Part shown: positions 54,289 through 63,885 of the stretch, one piece after another
How the letters are laid out: each line of letters opens with the position of its first letter
Numbering within the stretch: position 1 is the first letter of the stretch
Source of the DNA: an uncultured Verrucomicrobiae bacterium
GTDB lineage: Bacteria > Verrucomicrobiota > Verrucomicrobiia > Limisphaerales > UBA11358
Assembly: GCA_963827815.1 (NCBI GenBank)
Contig: CAWHCL010000010.1
Span: 128,482-192,481 of the forward strand
Direction: 5' to 3'
Length of the DNA stretch: 64,000 bases
Position numbers and translations under genes: made by a program
The notes under the pieces: generated by a model
Seen by the model: the letters and a program-made list of their open reading frames with translations, nothing else
Told to the model about the DNA's origin: nothing
The model's database searches: none

Positions 54289-54560
54289 GGTAACCGGAAG
54301 TAACCGCAGGTAACCTCAATGGGGCCAATCCCTCATGAAAAAGCCGGTTTCTGGTGCAATTAGGTGCAATTGGGTGTAATTAGGTACAGTGGTCAGCCTG
54401 TAAGACGATGTAAGGTGTCAGGGCGATCTGAATGGAAGGCAAACAGGAACTGTACCGTGAAAAACACCCCTTTTTTGGTCAAGAAACGGTCAAGCTTTGA
54501 GCGCCCTATCAACCACTTACGACGATTCACCCTCCACCTGGTAAAGAAAAGGTAAAGTAA
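54289..54560. repeat. Array of helically phased 10-11-bp direct repeats (GGTNNA-type cores) in a long intergenic region
   Basis: Four repeat groups: ggtaaccgga/agtaaccgca/ggtaacctca (54289-54318); ggtgcaatta/ggtgcaattg/ggtgtaatta/ggtacagt (54353-54390); ggtcaagaaac/ggtcaagc (54477-54495); ggtaaagaaaa/ggtaaagtaa (54540-54560). Confidence 0.7.
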
Positions 54561-54570
54561 TTTTTTACGC

Positions 54571-54642
54571 TCTTTGCGGTTAACGATTCCGCGCGATTAG
54601 CATTTATTAGCGGTTAAAAGAATCCGTGTCCATCCGTGGTTA
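54571..54642. repeat. Copy of the TTAGCGGTTAAAA..ATCCGTGTCCATCCGTGGTTA mosaic repeat
   Basis: tctttgcggttaacgattccgcgcgattagcatttattagcggttaaaagaatccgtgtccatccgtggtta. It abuts the 3' end of the aldo/keto reductase gene. Confidence 0.7.
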
Positions 54643-54653
54643 CAGTCCCCGCG

Positions 54654-55646
54654 CTATTGCGAAAGAATGGATTCAATTTGAGCCAGTTCCCCGCTCGTGA
54701 ACGACAGGTTGCGGGTTGCGCCCACGCAATCGTCCACTTGGCTCACGCGGCTAGCACCAATGAGCGCGCTTGTCACGGCCTTGTGCCGCAATACCCACGC
54801 CAAGGCCATTTGCGCCAGCGTCTGCCCGCGCGATTGCGCGAGGTCGTTCAGCCTTTTCGTCTTCGCCAGCACTGTATCAGTGATATCGGCGGGGCGGAGG
54901 AAGCGGGTGTCATGGCCAGCGCGGGAATCGGCGGGAACGCCCTTGAAATAACGGTCGGTGAGCAGCCCCTTGGCCAGCGGCGAAAATACCGTGCAGCCGA
55001 TGCCTTCCTGCTCCAGCGTGGCAAGCAGTTGCGGTTCAACCCAGCGGTCGAACATGCTGTAACGTGGCTGATGGATGAGGCAGGGCGTGCCCAGTTCGCG
55101 CAGCAGCTTCGCGGCGCGGACGGTGTCGGCGGGTTGATAATTTGAAAGCCCGACGTAAAGCGCCTTGCCGCTACGGACAGCATGGGCGAGCGCGCCCATC
55201 GTTTCCTCCAGCGGCGTGTCGGGATCGGGCCGGTGATGATAAAAGATGTCCACGTAAGCCAGCCCCATCCGCTTGAGCGATTGGTCAAGCGACGATAGCA
55301 GGTATTTGCGCGAACCCCATTCACCGTAAGGCCCCGGCCACATGTAATAACCCGCCTTAGTGGTGATGATGATTTCATCGCGCCATTTGCCGAGGTCGTC
55401 GCGCAGGATGCGGCCAAAGGTCTCCTCCGCCGAGCCGTCCGGCGGGCCGTAATTGTTCGCGAGGTCGAAATGCGTGATGCCCAGGTCAAACGCCCGACAC
55501 GCGATGGCGCGGGCATTGTCATAGGAATCTTTCGCGCCAAAATTGTGCCATAAGCCAAGCGATATCAGCGGCAGCTTGACGCCGGAGCGGCCGCAACGGC
55601 GATAGAATTCAGTCGAGTCGTAACGTGTTGACGTGGGCGAATACAT
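54654..55646 (-). CDS. aldo/keto reductase (YghZ/Tas-like)
   Basis: 330 aa. Contains LSLGLWHNFG, FDLANNYGPP.GSAEE.FG, IIITTKAG and GLSNY motifs. Confidence 0.85.
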   Translation of the reverse strand: MYSPTSTRYDSTEFYRRCGRSGVKLPLISLGLWHNFGAKDSYDNARAIACRAFDLGITHFDLANNYGPPDGSAEETFGRILRDDLGKWRDEIIITTKAGYYMWPGPYGEWGSRKYLLSSLDQSLKRMGLAYVDIFYHHRPDPDTPLEETMGALAHAVRSGKALYVGLSNYQPADTVRAAKLLRELGTPCLIHQPRYSMFDRWVEPQLLATLEQEGIGCTVFSPLAKGLLTDRYFKGVPADSRAGHDTRFLRPADITDTVLAKTKRLNDLAQSRGQTLAQMALAWVLRHKAVTSALIGASRVSQVDDCVGATRNLSFTSGELAQIESILSQ

Positions 55647-55665
55647 ATTGGCTGCAGCTTAATGA

Positions 55666-55827
55666 AGCCTCGATTCCGCTTCGACAACAAAATGCGCCGA
55701 CTGCATCCGGCAATCCTACGAAGTGACCGGACTGGAGAGCGGGGTGAAATACTGGTTCCGCGTGGCGGCTAGCAACGCGCACGGCCAAGGCCCATGGAGC
55801 CAGCCCGTCAGTGCGTGGGTGAAATAA
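55666..55827 (+). pseudogene. orphan C-terminal fragment of a fibronectin-type-III domain gene
   Basis: A 53-codon stop-to-stop frame reads ...YEVTGLESGVKYWFRVAASNAHGQGPWSQPVSAWVK*. There is no in-frame ATG, GTG or TTG codon anywhere in the frame, and it is wedged between two minus-strand genes. Confidence 0.4.
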
Positions 55828-55836
55828 ACCTCAACA

Positions 55837-57891
55837 TCACTGCACGCCGACGCGGTAGAAGAATGAACCTGAACCGACAGCATTGGTGTCGGTGTAACTT
55901 GTTGTGTTAATCTGGCCGACGATGTTGCTTTGGATGGATGAAAAGCTTGATTGTGACAAATTACTGCTGCGTTGGACGTAGTAAGTTCTATTGGTGACAC
56001 TGCTCCAGGTGATGGTGGCGTTGGAGACTGTGACTGCGGGTGGTTTCAGTGCCAATACAGATGCGATATTGGTGGGGTTCAGTCCGGCTATCCACTTCTG
56101 CCAGTTATTCATGCCGGTCCCATCCGAATCGGCATAATCCGCCGATCCGTCATCAGGCAAACCGTATTGATCAAGCCATACAACGAATGGTTCCAGATTT
56201 GTTCCCTGAAATTCGTATGCTCCGATGTCCACGGTTCCATTCACGACACGAGGACGCCCATCCAGATCTGTGATGGAATTTGTGTAAGCGTTGTTCCCCG
56301 CGTCGATGCAGGGTGAATTGGACTGCAAATGGTAATCGCCGCCGTCACGGTTTACAAATGCTGGGTCATTGGTAATCCAACTGGCTCCCGGACTAATTCC
56401 GGGTTCATATATGCAACAATTGAGTATGGTTCCCCCGACACCTCTCGCTGGGCCAACGGGTATGATGATACAATTCACGGAAGTGCCGCTGGCTGGTCCT
56501 CCACCGCCAGCGCCAAAATCTTCAATTATTGTGCAGTTGGTTGAATTGCAGTTATCTGCTGCGGTGGCTGCGCCGCTGGGTCCATAGATAGAATTGTGGA
56601 TGAGGAGACAGTTATTCAAATTGCCACCTTCAGCGCCACCGCCATACATGGAAACCCGATTTCCATTCAGAACACAACCATTCAAAACTCCTCCATAGCT
56701 GCCGCCTCCTTGCGAGCTCGCTGTGTTATTGGTCAGGATACAGGAATTCAATGTGGATGAAAAAGCACCGCCGCCATCAGCAGCCGTGTTGGAAAATAGA
56801 ATGCAGCCAGTGAGGCAATTGGACGCCACGCCGCCGCCATGGACGGCATAATTATTTGAAACCACACAACTGTAGAGCATTCCTCCGTATGCGCCGCCAC
56901 CCATGGTAAATCCACTGCCGAAAGCACTATTCGCTGACAGAGTGGAGTTGCTCAATGTGCAGAAGAATGTTCCGCCACCGTTTGTAATAGCCTTGTTATT
57001 TATCAACAAACATCCGATAAGCCTGTTGGAACAGGCCCCACCGCCGTTACCAGCCGAATTGTTTGTCAACGTGCAACCAACCAGCATGCCGAAAGCCGCC
57101 CCGCCGCCGTTTGTTGACCAGTTGCCGGACAAGGTGCAATTCGTCAGCGCGCTGGAATATGTTGCCCCGCCGCTTACAGTTGCCCAGTTGCCGGCCAGTG
57201 TGCAGTTTAAAAGGGTGTTGGAAGCAGCGCCGCCGCCGAAAGCAGCCGAATTATGCACGATGATGCAATTGGTCAGTATGCCTGCCAACGCCCCGCCGCC
57301 TTGTGAAGTGGCGGGCACGGAAGTTGTATTATTCGTCAATGTGCAACTAATCAAAGTGCCGGAAACCGTTCCACCTCCCCACAAGCTAGACTTGTTGTTA
57401 ACGACGACACAATTGGACACGGTTGAGCTGGTGGATTCGCACCAAATGCCACCGCCGGATCGTTCTTCGTAGTTGTCGCCAGACGACCTTGTCGTGCCGT
57501 TGGTCAGGGTAAAACCCAGAAGTGTGGCGTTGTTGGTCAAATACACGCAGCGTACTGCGAAGTTGCCTAAAGAAGAATTGCCCCGGATGAATGTATTTGC
57601 CGGGCCGTTGACGCTTTGCACGGTGACTGCTTTGTTGATGACCACCCGATTTGTCAACGAGCCGTAGACCACGCTTCCGCCGGTTGCATAAACACCATTG
57701 GTCACGAAAATCAAATCACCATCAGAGGAAGCATCAATGGCGTTCTGAATGTTCGTCGCGGCTGTTGCCCATGTGATGAAAGGCGATGCCGGAACAGTGT
57801 TGCTGACATTGACATAAAACGTCGTGGCCCCGGTTCGGAAGGCAGGAATGATAAACACCGCCGAAAGCAACAGCAGCGTCAGGGTTTTCAT
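55837..57891 (-). CDS. secreted right-handed beta-helix repeat protein (choice-of-anchor-Q-like) with [FY][FY]RV C-terminal module
   Basis: ORF trimmed to the ATG at 57891 (MKTLTLLLLSAVFIIPAF). Many GGG(A/I)...N(C/S)(T/I)L..N.A units, and DLDGRPRVVNGTVDIGAYEF. A calcium-site-like DDGSADYADSDGTGMNNWQKWIAGLNPTN. Ends ...GSFFYRVGVQ. Confidence 0.65.
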   Translation of the reverse strand: MKTLTLLLLSAVFIIPAFRTGATTFYVNVSNTVPASPFITWATAATNIQNAIDASSDGDLIFVTNGVYATGGSVVYGSLTNRVVINKAVTVQSVNGPANTFIRGNSSLGNFAVRCVYLTNNATLLGFTLTNGTTRSSGDNYEERSGGGIWCESTSSTVSNCVVVNNKSSLWGGGTVSGTLISCTLTNNTTSVPATSQGGGALAGILTNCIIVHNSAAFGGGAASNTLLNCTLAGNWATVSGGATYSSALTNCTLSGNWSTNGGGAAFGMLVGCTLTNNSAGNGGGACSNRLIGCLLINNKAITNGGGTFFCTLSNSTLSANSAFGSGFTMGGGAYGGMLYSCVVSNNYAVHGGGVASNCLTGCILFSNTAADGGGAFSSTLNSCILTNNTASSQGGGSYGGVLNGCVLNGNRVSMYGGGAEGGNLNNCLLIHNSIYGPSGAATAADNCNSTNCTIIEDFGAGGGGPASGTSVNCIIIPVGPARGVGGTILNCCIYEPGISPGASWITNDPAFVNRDGGDYHLQSNSPCIDAGNNAYTNSITDLDGRPRVVNGTVDIGAYEFQGTNLEPFVVWLDQYGLPDDGSADYADSDGTGMNNWQKWIAGLNPTNIASVLALKPPAVTVSNATITWSSVTNRTYYVQRSSNLSQSSFSSIQSNIVGQINTTSYTDTNAVGSGSFFYRVGVQ

Positions 57892-58011
57892 TTGTTTCAC
57901 TTTAACGGCAGCTTTTAGCAATTCAATGAAAAACTGAATTTATCTAATGCTGATTACCGTCGGCATGGTTCAAGAAAGCAGCCGGGGATTGGCGTTCCCC
58001 GTCGCGACAAT

Positions 58012-59346
58012 TCAAAGCCCCAGTTTCTTGAACCTGTTCTTCACTTCCTTGAGATGGAAGTCGAGGGAGCAAAGTTTTTCCAGCTCGCCCTTCTTGAAAT
58101 GTTTCGCCACGTCGGGGTCGGACTTGAGTTGCTCGACAAAATCCGCGTCGTCGCGTCCGGCGTGTTTTACTTCCCATGTCTTCATGGCGTTGTCTTGAAC
58201 TAGCTTGTAGGCGGCTTCGCGTGTCAGTCCTTTTTTGATGAGCGCCAGCAGCACGGTCTGCGAATTCCACATGCCGAGCGAGAGGCCGAGGTTCTTCTTC
58301 ATGTTCTCGGGATAGACGTTCAAGCCGTCCATCAGGCGCGTGAGCAGGCCGAACATATAGTCGAGCAGCGTGCAGGAATCGGGGAAGATGATGCGCTCAA
58401 CCGACGAGTGCGAGATGTCGCGCTCGTGCCAGAGGGCGACGTTTTCAAGGGCGGCGATGGCGTTGCCGCGCAGCACGCGGGCGAGGCCGGTGAGTCGTTC
58501 CCAGGTAATGGGGTTGCGTTTGTGCGGCATGGCGCTGGAGCCTTTTTGTCCCTTCGTGAAGGGTTCCTCGGCTTCGAGAACCTCGGTGCGCTGGAGGTGA
58601 CGGAATTCGACTGCCCAGCGCTCAATGCTCGCCCCGACAAGGGCCAGCGTGGTCTGGAATTCAGCATGGATGTCGCGCTGGACGACCTGCGTGGCGATGG
58701 GTGCGGGGTGCAGGCCGAGTTTTTTGCAGACGAAATTCTCGACGTCAGGTGACAGGTGCGCGTTGGTGCCGACGGCGCCGGAAAGTTTGCCAACGGCGGC
58801 GATCTTGCGGGCGCGTTCGAGGCGTTCCAGCGCGCGGCCAAATTCATCGTGCATCAGCGCGAGCTTGAGACCGAACGTGGTCGGTTCACCGTGGATGCCG
58901 TGGCTGCGACCAATGCACGGCGTCATCTGATATTCCTTTGCGCGCCGGGCGATGATGGGCAGCAACTTTTTCACGTCGGCGATGAGAATGTCCGCGCTCT
59001 GGACCATCTGGACGGCGAACGCAGTGTCCACGATGTCGCTGGACGTGAGGCCGAAATGAAACCAGCGGCTGGCGTCGTCGTTGATTTTCTCGGCGACGGC
59101 GGTGGTGAAGCCGATGACGTCGTGGTTGAGCGTTTTTTCGAGTTCACGCTGGCGCGCGACGAGGCCCGGAAGGTCGGCGAACCATTTGTCCCCGCCGGCC
59201 TTGATCTTGGTGAGGTCGGCCTTGGGCACGACGCCTTCGGCGGCTAGCGCCTCGCTGGCAAGCAGTTCGATTTGCAGCCAGAGGCGGAGCTTGTTTTCGT
59301 CCGTCCAGATGGCCCGCATCTCCGGCCGTGAATAGCGCGTAATCAT
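58012..59346 (-). CDS. purB: adenylosuccinate lyase
   Basis: 444 aa. N-terminus [19 protein letters not shown], and the fumarate-lyase signature [11 protein letters not shown]. Confidence 0.9.
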   Translation of the reverse strand: MITRYSRPEMRAIWTDENKLRLWLQIELLASEALAAEGVVPKADLTKIKAGGDKWFADLPGLVARQRELEKTLNHDVIGFTTAVAEKINDDASRWFHFGLTSSDIVDTAFAVQMVQSADILIADVKKLLPIIARRAKEYQMTPCIGRSHGIHGEPTTFGLKLALMHDEFGRALERLERARKIAAVGKLSGAVGTNAHLSPDVENFVCKKLGLHPAPIATQVVQRDIHAEFQTTLALVGASIERWAVEFRHLQRTEVLEAEEPFTKGQKGSSAMPHKRNPITWERLTGLARVLRGNAIAALENVALWHERDISHSSVERIIFPDSCTLLDYMFGLLTRLMDGLNVYPENMKKNLGLSLGMWNSQTVLLALIKKGLTREAAYKLVQDNAMKTWEVKHAGRDDADFVEQLKSDPDVAKHFKKGELEKLCSLDFHLKEVKNRFKKLGL

Positions 59347-59402
59347 GGCCTAATGAAACGGGAAAACTGCGGGAAAGTGAATCGTTAAATCGCTGAATCG
59401 TT

Positions 59403-60272
59403 TCAGCGGCCCGTCATTTTCTTGCGCGCATTTTCGAGGGTTTCGCGTTCGCGCGCCGTCAGGCTGTGAATGCCATGCGCGGAGATTTTTTCAAGGATCG
59501 GATCCACCTCGTTTTTCAGAAATTCGTCGGTGGATTCGTCGTCCCGCTTGACCGCCGCCGAATGCCAGAACGCGCTTTTGCCAGCACGCTTGACTGCGAG
59601 TTCTCGTGGCGCGGCACGGCGGGTGGGGAAATTCCAGCGCGGCCACTGGCCCTGAATGAACAGGCGCACGTAATATCCACCCGTCAGGATGCCGCCGAGG
59701 TGCGCGGCGTTGGCGATACCGCTGTTGGGTATCAACATGCCGACAAATGCCAGTCCGAGGCTGACCATGAGCAGGGTTTTCCCTGTCATGTTAACGGGAA
59801 TGAAATAAATCAGTATGCTGAATCGCTCTTCCCAATGCAGGATGGCAAAGGCCGCAACCAATCCGGCTGCGCCCGCTGAAGCGCCGACCACGGCGCCGTC
59901 GAAGGCGGGAATCAAATACGCAAAGAGCATTTGCACGAGACCGCCGATGACTCCGCTCAACAAATACAGCGTGAGGAAGTGGCGGCGGCCCAGGGCGATT
60001 TCCACCGGCCGTCCAAAAAAATAAATGGCCAGCGAATTGAAAAGGATGTGCATCAAGCCGGCGTGCATGAATTGAAACGTCAGCAACTGCCAGACATAAC
60101 CGTGCTTCAACCCGGTCAGGCTCAGCGCAAAATATCTGCCTTCAATTTCCGAGTTTGACGCCACCAATTGCACGAGAAAGACCGCTGCGTTGATAATCAG
60201 CAGCGCAACAGTGAGCGACATGCGCGGCTCATGATAAGCCGGCTGGCGCATATAATCTCGATCTTCAAGCAT
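59403..60272 (-). CDS. rhomboid-family intramembrane serine protease
   Basis: Contains WQLLT..F.H....H...N, GASAG (catalytic Ser) and AHLGG..TG (catalytic His). There is a soluble C-terminal extension. Confidence 0.8.
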   Translation of the reverse strand: MLEDRDYMRQPAYHEPRMSLTVALLIINAAVFLVQLVASNSEIEGRYFALSLTGLKHGYVWQLLTFQFMHAGLMHILFNSLAIYFFGRPVEIALGRRHFLTLYLLSGVIGGLVQMLFAYLIPAFDGAVVGASAGAAGLVAAFAILHWEERFSILIYFIPVNMTGKTLLMVSLGLAFVGMLIPNSGIANAAHLGGILTGGYYVRLFIQGQWPRWNFPTRRAAPRELAVKRAGKSAFWHSAAVKRDDESTDEFLKNEVDPILEKISAHGIHSLTARERETLENARKKMTGR

Positions 60273-60305
60273 GACAGCTAAAATTTAAGGCCGGGCTGGA
60301 AATTA

Positions 60306-60890
60306 TCAACCGGCTTTTCGACGCCACCACAACAATAATTCCAACCCCGTCCGGTTCGGATAGGAGCGCGGCACGAGTTCCTCGACCAGCTCAAAATGCG
60401 GCGAAAACCGCCGCCACAATTCTTCCCGGGTCGTGCCGAACGGCGGGCCGTCCTTGTCGGGAATCATATAATTCACCGCCAGATATTGGCCGTCCGGCTT
60501 CAGCCAGCGTAAAGCCGCGCGGTCGTAATCGTCTCGTTCCTGTGGTTTGATGGCGCAGAAGAGAGTATGTTCAAACAGCCAGTCAAATTTCTGCGGCGGC
60601 TCGTCGTGCAGGAAATCGGCAAGCTGGAATTTCGCCTCAAGACCGGCTGCTTTTGTCTTCTCCGCAGCGATCTGAATGGCGCTCGGTGCGATGTCAAATC
60701 CGTAGGTGTCAAAACCTGCCCGCGCAAACTCGCGCGCGTCGTGGCCGGTGCCGCAGCCGGGCACGCAGACGGTTCCGCGTGGTAAATCTGGATGCGCTGC
60801 CAGGAAATCTACAAGTCCGGGCGACGGCGCGCCTTTTTCCCATGGCATATCGCTGGATTGATAACGGGATTCCCAGTAGTCGCGGCTCAT
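60306..60890 (-). CDS. SAM-dependent methyltransferase (TPMT-like)
   Basis: 194 aa. Contains YWESRYQSSDMPWE, the SAM motif VPGCGTGHDA, and FEHTLFCAI. Confidence 0.7.
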   Translation of the reverse strand: MSRDYWESRYQSSDMPWEKGAPSPGLVDFLAAHPDLPRGTVCVPGCGTGHDAREFARAGFDTYGFDIAPSAIQIAAEKTKAAGLEAKFQLADFLHDEPPQKFDWLFEHTLFCAIKPQERDDYDRAALRWLKPDGQYLAVNYMIPDKDGPPFGTTREELWRRFSPHFELVEELVPRSYPNRTGLELLLWWRRKAG

Positions 60891-60937
60891 TCTTCCTCCT
60901 AGTCGTCGTTGTTGTCGTCCTCGATTCCTGTTTTCGG

Positions 60938-61627
60938 TTACGAAGACGAGGAGGAACTAATTTGTCCATCCACGAGTTCTATCACCCTCGGCGCCGAAGC
61001 TGCCACATTCGCATCGTGTGTGGCGATGACGAGGGTGGTCTGCTTGTCGGCATGAAGAGTCTTGAGCAGCGCGATGATTTCACCACTGGTGCGAGAATCG
61101 AGATTGCCCGTCGGCTCGTCGGCGAGCAGCAATTCCGGTCTGTTGATGAGTGCGCGGGCAATGGCGACGCGCTGCTGTTCGCCGCCGGAAAGTTCGAACG
61201 GCTTGTGTTCGGTACGTTCCCCAAGGCCGACGCGCGCCAGCAGTTCGCGTCCGCGCGTCGTGGCCTGCGCAGCGGACACGCGGGCAACGCGCGCAGGCAG
61301 GCAGACATTTTCAAGCGCGGTGAGTTCGGGCAGGAGATGATACGCCTGAAACACAAAACCGACGCGGCGGTTGCGGAAGTGCGTCAGTTCAGATTCGGAA
61401 AACGCGGCGAGATTCTGGCCGTTGAAGGAAATTTTGCCCGCGTTTGGCGAATCAAGCCCGCCAATCAAATGGAGCAGGGTGCTTTTGCCGGCGCCTGACG
61501 CGCCGCGCAACGCGAGAAACTCACCACTGACGACGTCGAGATCCACGCCGCGCAGGACTTCGAGCGTGCGCCTGCCCATCGTGTAAGATTTTGAGAGGCC
61601 GCGTGCGGAAAGCAGTGGTTCATTCAT
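60938..61627 (-). CDS. lolD: ABC transporter ATP-binding protein, LolD-like
   Basis: All motifs are canonical: [41 protein letters not shown]. The gene overlaps the upstream permease gene. Confidence 0.8.
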   Translation of the reverse strand: MNEPLLSARGLSKSYTMGRRTLEVLRGVDLDVVSGEFLALRGASGAGKSTLLHLIGGLDSPNAGKISFNGQNLAAFSESELTHFRNRRVGFVFQAYHLLPELTALENVCLPARVARVSAAQATTRGRELLARVGLGERTEHKPFELSGGEQQRVAIARALINRPELLLADEPTGNLDSRTSGEIIALLKTLHADKQTTLVIATHDANVAASAPRVIELVDGQISSSSSS

Positions 61628-62900
61628 AGCGCAACGCCTCCACGGGTTTCAAACGGCCGGCGCGGAACGCCGGAATGACGCCGCCCAGTATGCAAATGAC
61701 AAAGGAACTGACGCAAATCACCACGATGTCGCGCGGCGCGAGGATGGCCGGAAGTTCGCCGAAGCCGTAAATGGACGCGGGGAAAAGCTCCCAGCCGGTT
61801 GCCCGGCGCATGAATTCGAGAAATTCATTGCGATAGGCAATTGCGAGGATTCCCAGTGCCAAACCCGCCAGCACGCCGAGCACGCCGATGATGGCGCTCT
61901 GGGTCAAAAAAATTCCGGAGATTTGGAGGTTGGTTGCGCCGAGCGCCTTGAGCATCCCGATTTCGCGCGTCTTCTGGACGACGAAGGTGATTTGCGCGCT
62001 CAAGATGCACAGCGCGGCGACGAGCACGATGAAAAAGAGCAGGTAAAACATGACGTTCTTTTCAACGATCAGCGCACCGAGAATCGCGGAGTTATCCTGC
62101 ATCCATGTGGTGACGTGATAATTATCGCCCAGTGAATGCTGCAACTCGCCCTGTACTTCCGGTGCTTGATACGGGTCATTGAGCATGACCATCAAGCCAT
62201 GAACGCTGTCGCCGAGGTTGTAAAGGTCCTGCGCGTTTTCAAGCGAGACGGCGATTACGTTGGCGTCGAAATCATAATAGCCCGTGCTAAAAATGCCTGT
62301 CACGGTGTAATCATCCGGCAGGACGGCTTCCTCGTTCGGCTTGCCTTGATGCTCTCTCATCCGTTTCAAATCGGCGGGCGAATAAATCAAAACACGATCA
62401 CCGACTTTCAAATTCATATTGTTTGCGAAGTCGCCGCCAATCACCAGACCGCGTCCGCTCAAGTCGAAGCTGCCGGCTACAATGCTTTTGGGCAGAACGC
62501 TCACGGAATCTTCCGTGTTCACATCAACGCCGCGAATCCACGGCGCGGCGGTGAGCGATTCCTCCTTATTCGTATCCACTGGCTCCGTCTCCACAAGCAC
62601 CTGGCCGAGGACGAAGGGCGCGACGCCGCGCACGTTTTTATTCGATGAGACGGAACGCATCGTGTCCGCATAATTTTCGATCAACTGGCCGCGGCCATAA
62701 ATTTTCAAATGCGCGTTGAATCCAAGGATTTTTCCGCGCAAATCGTGGTCGAACCCGCTCATGACGCTGATGACGATGATGAGCACCGCGACACCGAGCG
62801 CAACGCCGACGATGGAGATGAGCGTGATGATGGAGACAAATGTCCGTTTGGGCCGCAGATAGCGCAGCGCGAGGAGCAATTCAAACGGCAGGTTTGACAT
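61620..62900 (-). CDS. LolC/E-family lipoprotein-releasing system permease
   Basis: 426 aa. N-terminus LALRYLRPKR, a large periplasmic loop, and a C-terminal FtsX-like 3-TM bundle with REIGMLKALGA. Confidence 0.8.
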   Translation of the reverse strand: MSNLPFELLLALRYLRPKRTFVSIITLISIVGVALGVAVLIIVISVMSGFDHDLRGKILGFNAHLKIYGRGQLIENYADTMRSVSSNKNVRGVAPFVLGQVLVETEPVDTNKEESLTAAPWIRGVDVNTEDSVSVLPKSIVAGSFDLSGRGLVIGGDFANNMNLKVGDRVLIYSPADLKRMREHQGKPNEEAVLPDDYTVTGIFSTGYYDFDANVIAVSLENAQDLYNLGDSVHGLMVMLNDPYQAPEVQGELQHSLGDNYHVTTWMQDNSAILGALIVEKNVMFYLLFFIVLVAALCILSAQITFVVQKTREIGMLKALGATNLQISGIFLTQSAIIGVLGVLAGLALGILAIAYRNEFLEFMRRATGWELFPASIYGFGELPAILAPRDIVVICVSSFVICILGGVIPAFRAGRLKPVEALRYE

Positions 62901-62981
62901 GGATGCAGGCTAAATGTTTTGCGTTGGAGTTCAAGCTTCGGCTCATGCGCGTTGACAGGAGAAAACCTTAACTTCTGCAGA

Positions 62982-63786
62982 TTATTTGAAAGGGTTTGCC
63001 TTCGTCTTTGTTGCAGGAATCCGCGGCAGGAAAAGCTGGCTCAAGAACAGGTAAATCCAGCCCAGCGCGAAATGCGCCGCGAAAACGAATCCGAGCGAAA
63101 CCAGATCAAGAAGGCCGGCGTCGTAAAGCAGGATGCCTGCCGCCATTAACAACGCGCCCGGCAGCAGCGCCGCGCCGGATAATTTCCAACTCGCGCGTAA
63201 ATTCAAATCGCGGTTGGTAAAGAATCCGAGAATCCAGACGGGCAGAAAATACACCGTCGCCAGAATCCACCAGCGCAAGCAGCAAACCAACTGTAACCGC
63301 TGCGGCGGCGATGAACAAAATTTCCACCGCCCATGCGCCCCAGAGCGGTTCGAGTTCCGTCCGGTTGAACGGCGCGACCCGGTCCGGGACATAAAAAATC
63401 TCTGAATAGCCTGGCAGCAGCGAAAAAATGCGGATCGAGTCTTCGCCAAATTCAATTTGCGCGTCAGCGGTGGAATGAATCTGGCCGGAATGGTTCATGT
63501 CAACATCGAACGCCAGAAATTTCCCCTCGGCAAGCAATTGTGCCGGGTCACCATGCCAGTCCAGTTTGCCGGAGTGGATTTCTCCTTCAGCGGGAAGCTT
63601 TTGGATCGCTGTGATAATGGTTGGGAAACAGCCGTCGTCAAAAAACCAGACCACCGAAGCGGCGGCGAGCAGCGCGACGATGAATTGCACGAGCAGGAGC
63701 CGGCTTAATTTCGCGCGCGCGAACGCCGCGACGCCACGCGGCGTTAGCGGTTCCCATGCGAAGGTTGATTCGGCAGGCAAACTCAT
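62982..63786 (-). pseudogene. hypothetical multi-pass membrane protein, one frameshift as assembled
   Basis: ORF pieces 63106-63786 and 62982-63455 overlap in different frames. Both encode hydrophobic helices (WAVEILFIAAAAVTVGLLLAL / WWILATVYFLPVWILGFF). The junction is near 63280. Confidence 0.45.
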
Positions 63787-63885
63787 CCAGCCGCAGTTTA
63801 TCCCAAACGATTGATACGTTAAAGCGTTGAACGGTTGAAGCGGTAGGCTTCGAGCCGGTTCAAAATTTCAACACGCCCTAAGAAA

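Noticed and set aside
54364-54555. 63-aa ORF inside the iteron-like array
   Set aside because: Its Lys/Arg-rich translation is generated by the direct repeats themselves, with no motif support. It is treated as non-coding.
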